Shown here: positions 1 to 6,697 of the stretch, one piece after another | Layout of the letters: each line of letters starts with the position of its first letter | How positions within the stretch are numbered: position 1 is the first letter of the stretch | Assembly (NCBI GenBank): GCA_963840855.1 | Contig: CAWJBB010000070.1 | Coordinates: 1 to 11,005, forward strand | DNA: 11,005 nt | Reading direction: 5' to 3' | Origin: an uncultured delta proteobacterium | GTDB lineage: Bacteria > Desulfobacterota > Binatia > UBA9968 | Notes under the pieces: model-generated | Told to the model about the DNA's origin: nothing | Database searches by the model: none | What the model saw: the letters and a program-made list of their open reading frames with translations, nothing else | Made by a program: the position numbers and the translations under genes

Positions 1-21
1 CAAGAAAGCTGATCTATGCGA

Positions 22-360
22 TTAGACCGGCCAACCATGTTCAGAGACGTCCACCCGATTACCTTCCGGGTCTTGTATCCAGCTCTCGGCGATGGCGCCG
101 TAAACATTGGCGTTCGCCGTGGTGCCGGCAGATTCTTCGATGGCCTTCACGCTGGTCACCTGGAAACCAAAGTGGTGGATGCCCCAGGGAAGATCCGGCG
201 TGTTGATTAACGCGACATCGACGAAGCCGTCAGAAAGGTAGATAGTCCCATTCGTGCCGCGCTCCTTCTCCTCGAGCTTGAAAATTTCCTTGTAGTACTT
301 GGCGGCCTTTTCGCGGTCTTTGACGTTGATGGCGATATGGCGAATTCTTGGATTATCCAT
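22..360 (-). CDS. VOC (glyoxalase/bleomycin-resistance/extradiol dioxygenase) family protein, 112 aa
   Basis: Motifs IRHIAINVKD, YYKEIF, GIHHFGFQV and WIQDPEGNRVDV are typical of VOC proteins. I place the start at ATG 360 rather than TTG 366 because AAAGGGGA lies 6 nt upstream. Stop TAA at 22-24. Confidence 0.9.
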   Translation of the reverse strand: MDNPRIRHIAINVKDREKAAKYYKEIFKLEEKERGTNGTIYLSDGFVDVALINTPDLPWGIHHFGFQVTSVKAIEESAGTTANANVYGAIAESWIQDPEGNRVDVSEHGWPV

Positions 361-413
361 GAGCAATCCCCTTTCATGTACAGTCGATGATTTCCAACCT
401 ACGAGCAGCGACG

Positions 414-1106
414 TTATCCTACAAGTTTGTAGCCCATCTCGTAATGAACGTAGATACCGTCGAAAAAGAACCAGCGCATGCGCGCGCTCTCACGGGCGTA
501 GCGAATCGCTAACTGCTGGAGCTCCGGGGTGGTGGCGTACTTGTCGAGGAGATCGAAACCCTTGCCACCATGTTCGGTATCGGCAACGGCATGGAGCCAG
601 AAGTGCTCGATGTCTTTCTCGTCGAAGCGATAAATTTCGCGCAACGCGGGAAGCACCTTGCTGTAGAGCATCGGCGACTGCGATTCGGTGCCGATGTTGG
701 TGGCCGCCACACTGGCGATAAATGATTCTTCCTTGCACGTCCGGTTGAACCACGCGACCCAAGCTTCCGTCGTGGGAAGGCCGCGGCCGCGCTTGACCTC
801 GTCGACGTTGGCGCCGTTGGCCGCGGCAAATCTGAGGATGATGTCCAGATGCGGACGTTCGGGGTCCGTCTCCTCCAGGTAATTGCCGAGCAAAAGCCGC
901 TGCGCTTCGAGCGGCGTGTTGGCCGCCTTGAATAACTCGCCTCGATAGATGTTGCTGATCCAGTGATATTGCTCGATGGCCCAGCCGGCCATGGCATTAC
1001 GGCTCAGTTTTCCCGCCGCCCACTTTTCCGTCAAAGGATGGTTGGCGCAGTGGCGTTCCAACACCGCGGCTTCGAGCCGTTCACGCAAAGCGCTTTTGGA
1101 TTCCAT
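414..1106 (-). CDS. Heme-oxygenase-like dimetal oxidase (CADD/PqqC/TenA fold, iron-containing redox enzyme), 230 aa
   Basis: Motifs NHPL..KW..GKL, NYLEE..PH, ESQ and HFWLHAVADTEH give E79/H86/E141/H172/D176/H179, matching the spacing of the CADD metal ligands. SD AAAGGAAG upstream. Confidence 0.85.
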   Translation of the reverse strand: MESKSALRERLEAAVLERHCANHPLTEKWAAGKLSRNAMAGWAIEQYHWISNIYRGELFKAANTPLEAQRLLLGNYLEETDPERPHLDIILRFAAANGANVDEVKRGRGLPTTEAWVAWFNRTCKEESFIASVAATNIGTESQSPMLYSKVLPALREIYRFDEKDIEHFWLHAVADTEHGGKGFDLLDKYATTPELQQLAIRYARESARMRWFFFDGIYVHYEMGYKLVG

Positions 1107-1168
1107 GTCACGCGACTTCCTTTCACCGCGAAATTTCTACGTCGATTAAGTTGGCGCCACGATGGTTG

Positions 1169-2194
1169 CTATTTGAGCACGTCCTTGAGCCGGGCTACGA
1201 GAACCTTGTCAATTTGGAAGAAGCCGGCAATTAGGCGCTCCAAATCTTGTCCCGTGATAGGCTCCACGTCCAATTTTGATTTATCTGTGTCGGCAACAAA
1301 AGCCGGGTCTTTGAAAGTTTCCTGGAAAGCCTTTCTTAGTATCTCCACTTGTTGCTTGGGAGTTGCCGGGGGCAAGACGTAGGGGCGCGTTATGGCAGCG
1401 AGGTCATGAAGGCCGAAGCGAATGAGCTGGCGCGCCTCTTGAGTTTTCGCAAAGTCAATGGCATTGGGCACGTTCGCCAGTTCCGGATGAGGTTTGGGAT
1501 TGGTTTGCAGCACGACCGTCGCTTCGCCCGTATCCAAGCCTTTACGCCATGTGGTCTTGATGGACTCCCACTGAAAACACGCCCCGGCCAATTCGCCGCT
1601 TTCCGCCGCTAAGCGCATATCCGCGGTGCCTTTATAACCCATCACGAGCTGAAGCGGCAGCCCGAGAGCTTCCTTGAGAATTTTCGCGTTCGTCGAGGTT
1701 GTGTCACCGGGTCCGCCGCCGCCTAATTTGACTGGCATTTTTGCGGTTCGCCACTTCTCCAGGCTGGTAATCTCGCTTGCTTTGGTCAGCACACAGGCGC
1801 CGTTGTCCTTAACGGGGACGCCGATCCAGTGAAAACGCCGGGCGTCGAATTCTATCCCGCCGCCTCCGAGGATCTGATTCAAAACTTGGTTGCCGTGAAA
1901 GTTGCCGATCGTGAGCCCATCCGGTTTGGCTATCTTGTAAAGATAGTTCGCCAAGATAAGGCTGCCCGCCCCGGTCATGTTTTCCACGACCACGGATGGG
2001 TTTCCGGGGATATGCTTGCCAAAATGGCGCGCAATCACTCGGGAATAGGCGTCGAAACCGCCTCCCGGAGCGAAGCCGACAATTATGCGCACCGTTTTGT
2101 TTTTGTAAAACTCATCGCTCGATGCGTCCGCGGCGCTGAAGGCAAGCATCGCGACGACGATAGTGAATGATAAAGCGACGTGCTTGGTGCTCAC
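1169..2194 (-). CDS. Bug/TctC-family tripartite tricarboxylate transporter substrate-binding protein, 341 aa
   Basis: Signal peptide, then FYKNKTVRIIVGFAPGGGFDAYSR, VVENMTGAGS, PDGLTIG, GYKGT and PPATP, all characteristic of TctC/Bug. GTG start with AAGGAG SD. Confidence 0.92.
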   Translation of the reverse strand: MSTKHVALSFTIVVAMLAFSAADASSDEFYKNKTVRIIVGFAPGGGFDAYSRVIARHFGKHIPGNPSVVVENMTGAGSLILANYLYKIAKPDGLTIGNFHGNQVLNQILGGGGIEFDARRFHWIGVPVKDNGACVLTKASEITSLEKWRTAKMPVKLGGGGPGDTTSTNAKILKEALGLPLQLVMGYKGTADMRLAAESGELAGACFQWESIKTTWRKGLDTGEATVVLQTNPKPHPELANVPNAIDFAKTQEARQLIRFGLHDLAAITRPYVLPPATPKQQVEILRKAFQETFKDPAFVADTDKSKLDVEPITGQDLERLIAGFFQIDKVLVARLKDVLK

Positions 2195-2299
2195 AAATCT
2201 TGCTCCTTGCGGCCAGGCGAACCCAATGAAAATTCACCAGTCCGACGAGTCATCCCGAGACGACAGTCTCGCGGCAAGAAAATTTCTTCGACGCTTTGG

Positions 2300-2329
2300 A
2301 AGCTATCGAAATTCGGGCGTAGGTGTCAA
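2300..2329 (-). promoter_or_regulatory. Putative sigma70 promoter for the tctC-HDO-VOC unit
   Basis: Minus strand has a perfect -35 TTGACA (2329-2324), an 18-nt spacer and -10 TAGCTT (2305-2300, TAnnnT), about 105 nt upstream of the GTG. Confidence 0.55.
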
Positions 2330-2363
2330 CCGCTAACCTTAAACGCGCAGATTCCGCAGCTTC

Positions 2364-2428
2364 GTAGCCTGGATGAAGTAAAACGAATCCAGGAATCCCC
2401 GGATTTCACTACGTTCCATCCGGGCTAC
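2364..2428. repeat. Inverted pair of GTAG-type REP palindromes (REPIN/BIME-like doublet)
   Basis: Plus strand GTAG-CCTGGAT-N12-ATCCAGG (2364-2393) and minus strand GTAG-CCCGGAT-N13-ATCCGGG (2428-2398). Each has a GTAG foot and a perfect 7-bp stem. Confidence 0.8.
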
Positions 2429-2489
2429 AGACGCTAACCCTAAACGGGGCGAGGAAAAGGACGCCTTGTGTGGGAGATCAATCGGAAAT

Positions 2490-3782
2490 TCATCGCGGAA
2501 TTGGATTCGTCGCGGTCATGCAGTTTGTCCAGGGCCGGATCAAAAGCACGGTCAATAGCGCTGCGAACGTAAGCAATCCCAACAATATCCAAAGGGCGAT
2601 CGTGTAACTCAGGGTGCGATCGTAGATCGCGCCGGCCATGATGGGACCGGCAAAGCTACCCCACATATAAAAGAAACTCATTGCGCCTCTGATCGTCGCG
2701 AAGTTGCGGCGGCCAAAAAAATCTCCCACCGTGGCCCAAATGATGGGAAACGACGCGTCCAGCAGCGAAAACGCGATAGTAAAAAGCCAGAGTGGCCAGT
2801 AGCCGAGGTCGGATAGCATCGGCGCCACGGAGAGCGCGGGCAAGACATGGCATGCAGTCAAAAGTTTCGGCTTGTTCACTCGATCCGCAATCCAACCAAG
2901 CACGAAATGCGCCACCAGATTGATAAAAGCAAAGGCAGCGAGGAGCGACGCCGCGGCGCCTTCCGATAACCCCTTCCAGACCATGAGCGGAACAAAGTGG
3001 ACCGTGGCGGTGCTGTAGCAGGTCACGCGCGCCATCATCGATACGACAAGGAGCCAGAAAGCCGGGGTCTTCATCGCCTCGCCGCTCGTGAGCTCGGCGT
3101 TTTCAATCGCCGCGGCGCCCATTGCCTCCGCTCCGGCCATGGAGAACTCTTTGATCTCGCCATCCGGCAGCAGGCCCATGCTTTCCGGCGAGCGCCGCAA
3201 TTGAAAACTCAAGGGCAAGCACACCAGTAAAAAAATGCAGCCCGAGGCAAATGCCGCCCAACGCCAGCCGATGGAAGCTACGCCGATGGCCAGCAACGGC
3301 GAGATCATCACTCCGCCAATGGGCACGGCGGCGCTCACCACAGTCATGGCCCGCGCTCGCTGGCGAATAAACCAGCTGTTTGCGACCACCAGCGGCGAGT
3401 GGACGAAACCGGCAACGAAGGCAAGACAGATCACGCCCAGGTAGACGATCATGAAGGTCGTATAGCTATTCACCCACGAGAGCAGGATATAACCGACCCC
3501 CGCGAGAAAAACCGCCGTTACGATGATCGGCCTTGGGCCGTACCGATCGATGAGATACCCCACCAGCGGCGCTTCTATGGCGCCCTGCGCGCGTGAAAGC
3601 GAAAAAGCCAGGGAGGTTGCGGCTCGGCTAATGCCGAGATCCTGGCTGATGGGAAGAAAAAAAACAGTGAAGCCGAACTGGTGCAGCCCGCCGCCGACGA
3701 TGCGGATGGCTGTAACCAATCCAACCATGCGCCAGCCATAGAAAATGCCGGAAAGTGAATCGCGGAAACGTGGAAGAATCAT
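2490..3782 (-). CDS. Major facilitator superfamily transporter (OFA/MCT-like), 430 aa
   Basis: About 12 hydrophobic segments, MFS motif A GYLIDRYGPR and its repeat GWIADRVNK, N-terminal FYGW, and WF..QRARAM. No clear SD, so the exact start is less certain. Confidence 0.92.
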   Translation of the reverse strand: MILPRFRDSLSGIFYGWRMVGLVTAIRIVGGGLHQFGFTVFFLPISQDLGISRAATSLAFSLSRAQGAIEAPLVGYLIDRYGPRPIIVTAVFLAGVGYILLSWVNSYTTFMIVYLGVICLAFVAGFVHSPLVVANSWFIRQRARAMTVVSAAVPIGGVMISPLLAIGVASIGWRWAAFASGCIFLLVCLPLSFQLRRSPESMGLLPDGEIKEFSMAGAEAMGAAAIENAELTSGEAMKTPAFWLLVVSMMARVTCYSTATVHFVPLMVWKGLSEGAAASLLAAFAFINLVAHFVLGWIADRVNKPKLLTACHVLPALSVAPMLSDLGYWPLWLFTIAFSLLDASFPIIWATVGDFFGRRNFATIRGAMSFFYMWGSFAGPIMAGAIYDRTLSYTIALWILLGLLTFAALLTVLLIRPWTNCMTATNPIPR

Positions 3783-3808
3783 GGCGGCGCAGGATAATTA
3801 CAGCGCCG

Positions 3809-3838
3809 ACGTTACGTGATGGAAAGGTCAGGCGTCAA
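3809..3838 (-). promoter_or_regulatory. Possible sigma70 promoter for the MFS gene
   Basis: Minus strand TTGACG (3838-3833), 18-nt spacer, TAACGT (3814-3809), ending 26 nt before the ATG. Confidence 0.35.
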
Positions 3839-3879
3839 GGGCACATTGTCGCTGCGCTCCCGTTCCGGCCCTCGGGGCG

Positions 3880-3899
3880 GTTCAGGTTCAATGTTCAAA
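3880..3899 (+). repeat. Short tandem GTTCA(A) repeat
   Basis: GTTCAG GTTCAAT GTTCAAA in tandem, with another GTTCAA at 3940-3945. Confidence 0.45.
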
Positions 3900-3994
3900 G
3901 GCAATGGCGGATATTCGAATGGGTTAAAACAACCCAAACGTTCAAGCCACTCAATTTTCCTGCGTCATCCTCTCGGGTCGAGACTGTGTCGCAA

Positions 3995-4024
3995 TGTCAT
4001 TCTGAGGTGATAGCCGAAGAATCT
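3995..4024 (+). repeat. YGTC (CGTC-family) REP-like palindrome, single copy
   Basis: TGTC-ATTCT-GAGGTGATAGCCGA-AGAAT-CT has the same architecture as the copies at 7799-7825 and 7858-7831. Confidence 0.65.
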
Positions 4025-4088
4025 CGACTTCGTAATCACTTGGAAATCGATCGAAAGTTCATGAAAACCCGTACCACGGATATGATAT

Positions 4089-5517
4089 CTACACTCGCGG
4101 CGCAATGTTCTTGTTCATCCGAAACAGGTTTGCCGGGTCCCATTTGGTTTTGATCTCGACAAGCCGCTCGTAGTTCTTCCTATAAGCGGCATGGATGCGG
4201 TCGTCAGTCTCCTCCTCCGTTAGAAAGTTCATATATGTCCCTCCCGTGGAGAAGCTGCGCATGTCCCGCCATGCAGCACGCGCCCAATCGATGTTCGTCT
4301 TGTCGTTCTCCGCCTTCTCCCACGAAGCGGCGATGTTCAGAACCCAGGCGGTGTCCCGATTGCCTACGGAGGAGTGATCCTCGGGGAATCGGTTGAGCGC
4401 TCCGTCTAGGGGAAAGAGCAAGATAGCAGAGTGGGGAGAGGCGATAGCTTCGGCGTGGCTGATCGTCTTGGCGAGCAGCTCAGGCTTAAGATTGGGCAAG
4501 AATTCGGACTTCCAGTAGTAGCGCCGACCTTTCGGCTGAGTGGCGTCGAGGAGGCTCTGCTGTGAGACATAGGTTCGCTGCTGAACAATGTCGCCTACAG
4601 GAGTGCCGAAGGCTTTAATTGGGGCGACGAGTTTTTCGCCGTCGGTTAACCGCCCTGTGTGGCAGACGAAGAGAGCGACGATGGGTTTGCCATGGATGTC
4701 CTTAGACAACCAGGGTGCTGGTGGGGCGATACGGAGTCCCGCTACGCAAACCAGCTCTGGAGGGGCTTGCTCCATGAGGTTGCGGAGCATTTCAAGGACC
4801 TCGCCAGCGTACTCGGCACGCCAGGCGATCGCGCCAGCCATAACCTCCGGACCTACGGGATGGAGCTTATACTCGAAGCCGGTTACGACTCCGAAGTTGC
4901 CGCCGCCTCCGCAGAGGCCCCAGAACAGGTCACGGTTCTCCTTTTCGCTCGCCTGCACAACGCGCCCGTCGGCGGTGACTACTTCCATCGATAGGAGGTT
5001 ATCGCTGGTCCAGCCAAACCGGCGCGTGAGGTAACCGAAACCACCACCGAGGGTGAGACCGGCAATGCCCGTGTTCGAGATGAAGCCGAGCACTGCGGCA
5101 AGACCATGGAGTTGAGTCTCGCGGTCGACGTCGCCCAACAGGCAGCCGGCTTGCGCGCGGGCCGTGCGCGTGGCCGGGTCCACCCACACGCCGCGCATGC
5201 GCGACATGTCTATCATCAGTCCGCCATCGCACACTGCAAGTCCGGAGATGTTGTGACCGCCGCCTTTAATGGATAGTAGGAGGCCGTGCTCGCGCGCGAA
5301 GTTAACGCACGTTACAACATCGGCAACACCGAGGCAGCGCACGATGAGCGCTGGCCGGCGGTCGATCATGGCATTCCAGATGGAGCGCGCATCATCGTAC
5401 CCCGGGTCGTCCGATCGGATCAGCTCACCGCGCGAGACTCTCCTTGAATTTCTGGATGGTGTCTTCTTGCAGAGTAACGTCCCCGTTCGAGCGGGTTTTA
5501 ACTTGTAGGCCGGACAT
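4089..5517 (-). pseudogene. FAD-binding oxidoreductase (VAO/berberine-bridge-enzyme-like) with a 1-bp frameshift near 5430-5440; either a pseudogene or a sequencing error. Intact length would be about 475 aa
   Basis: ORF 4089-5369 has KGGGH (covalent-FAD His motif), TGIAGLTLGGGFG, DLFWGLCGGGGNFGVVT and the BBE tail YMNF..KTKWDPANLF. A strong SD AAGGAGG precedes ATG 5517, which reads MSGLQVKTRSNGDVTLQEDTIQKFKESL and then meets TGA at 5427-5425. The +1 frame continues RGELIRSDDPGYDDARSIWNAMIDRRPA. Confidence 0.8.
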
Positions 5518-5655
5518 GACCTACCTCCTTTCCTAACAAAGCCTCACCGCAATGACGAAGCCAGTAACCCGACGGGTGGCGCTTCCGACGCCGAAAGCGC
5601 GAGCCAGGCCTCCGGCCCGAGCAGACATGCAAGCGCGGTCAACCCGCCGCAGACT

Positions 5656-6492
5656 TTACGCCTCCGTCCATTTGATTTCGTACACGCGGATGGCGTGATC
5701 GAAACCTTTGGGTGTTACTTCGCCCAAGTCCGAGAACGGCAAATCTTTGCCTTGGCATTGGTCCAGTACCACCTGAGCAACTAGAATCCGGGAAGGTTCA
5801 GCATGCGCACAAAGGCGCGCCGCCACTTGGACCGCTTTGCCGAACAGGTCGCCATGTTCCTCAATCGGTTCGCCCGCACTCAAACCAATGCGTAGATACA
5901 GCGGGGCTTCCGGGTTTTCCTTGTTATACACCGAAAACGCCTTCTGGATGGCAATGGCACACTCGACCGCATCCGGTACGGTGACAAAGGAGCCCATAAT
6001 TCCATCACCTGTGTGCTTAACCTCGCGTCCCCGGTGCGCCTTGAGCGAATTGCGCGTTAGCGCATTGTGAATATGAAGCAGATGCAGAGCCTTAGCGTCT
6101 CCATATAGCGTGGTCATCAGCGTCGAATCTTTCAAATCCGTGAACATGATGGCGCGGAAACCCGGGTCAATGGGAATCTCACCCGCCTTTTCTGGTGACC
6201 GATCCATGGGCGGAGGATCCTTGATCCTGCCCAGGAAGGCGTCCACCACGTTGGGATCGACCTCAAGAACCTCATTGGGGACCGAGCCGTGAGCTTCGTT
6301 ATGGGCTCGCTCAATAGTCTCTCGATTCGGTGCTTCGATAAGGCAAAACGCGGTGGAGCGCATCTCATCAAACCAGTAGGTTAAAAATTTGACGTGATAC
6401 TTATCTTGAAGCGCTAGATCCCGCTGGTGCGCATCTTCCAGGGCATGTCGAGTTGCTCCTTCGACGTAGTGGCGATCCATGTAAAGAGGCAT
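5656..6492 (-). CDS. DUF4242 (SCO4226-like putative nickel-binding) domain fused to a class III adenylate/guanylate cyclase domain, 278 aa
   Basis: Residues 1-79 carry MPLYMDRH, DAHQRDL..QDKY.V.FLTYW and FCLIEAP..AH.EAHG. Residues ~112-278 carry IMFTDL, EVKHTGDGIM, LRIGLSAGE, GDLFG.AVQVAARL, ILV and KGF. SD AAAGGAG 7 nt upstream. Confidence 0.88.
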   Translation of the reverse strand: MPLYMDRHYVEGATRHALEDAHQRDLALQDKYHVKFLTYWFDEMRSTAFCLIEAPNRETIERAHNEAHGSVPNEVLEVDPNVVDAFLGRIKDPPPMDRSPEKAGEIPIDPGFRAIMFTDLKDSTLMTTLYGDAKALHLLHIHNALTRNSLKAHRGREVKHTGDGIMGSFVTVPDAVECAIAIQKAFSVYNKENPEAPLYLRIGLSAGEPIEEHGDLFGKAVQVAARLCAHAEPSRILVAQVVLDQCQGKDLPFSDLGEVTPKGFDHAIRVYEIKWTEA

Positions 6493-6578
6493 GCTTTATC
6501 TCCTTTCGCGAGGCATGCATAGAAATTTCGGCATGAAAACCTCCGACGCCTCCAGATGCAAAAAAACCAAAACACCCG

Positions 6579-6594
6579 GGCGATAAAAATCGCC
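6579..6594. promoter_or_regulatory. Perfect inverted repeat upstream of the cyclase gene (operator or hairpin)
   Basis: GGCGAT-AAAA-ATCGCC. On the minus strand a T-rich tract starts a few nt after it. Confidence 0.3.
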
Positions 6595-6630
6595 AGAGGC
6601 TGGCTCTAAACTCTCTCTACATTCCCCTCC

Positions 6631-6652
6631 AAGGAACGTCGCTGCGTTCCTT
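6631..6652. other. 8-bp stem-loop downstream of the amidohydrolase stop
   Basis: AAGGAACG-TCGCTG-CGTTCCTT, about 45 nt after the TGA. It has no U-tract, so it is not a canonical intrinsic terminator. Confidence 0.4.
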
Positions 6653-6697
6653 CGATGCTTGAACTCAAACTGGCTAGCGCCGGTCTCGACACAATTG

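Noticed and set aside
414-1106. Assignment as pqqC or tenA
   Set aside because: There is no pqq or thiamine-salvage context and no Cys at the TenA catalytic position. The full dimetal ligand set is not a PqqC feature.
2180-2437. Plus-strand intergenic ORFs (this one and 3755-4153), and minus-strand ORFs 6496-6735 and 7644-7874
   Set aside because: They have no convincing SD, read through promoter or repeat DNA, and show no domain-like composition.
3880-3945. CRISPR-like reading of the GTTCAA repeats
   Set aside because: The units are only 6-7 nt, have no regular spacers, and no cas genes are present.
5425-5445. prfB-like programmed +1 frameshift (internal AAGGAG before CGG-TGA)
   Set aside because: The SD-like sequence is simply Lys-Glu codons and is spaced further away than in prfB. 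Re-pairing from CGG to GGU is implausible. A simple indel explains it better.
5531-5655. attC-like site (GTTAGGA just before the oxidase SD), and a 40-codon open frame after the cyclase TAA
   Set aside because: There is no matching RYYYAAC inverse core and no integrase. The read-through frame has no protein-like motifs and follows a UAA stop.
5656-6492. Pycsar/CBASS-like anti-phage cyclase
   Set aside because: The K/D residues indicate purine (ATP) selection, and no TIR, TM or cNMP-binding effector or other defence gene is adjacent.
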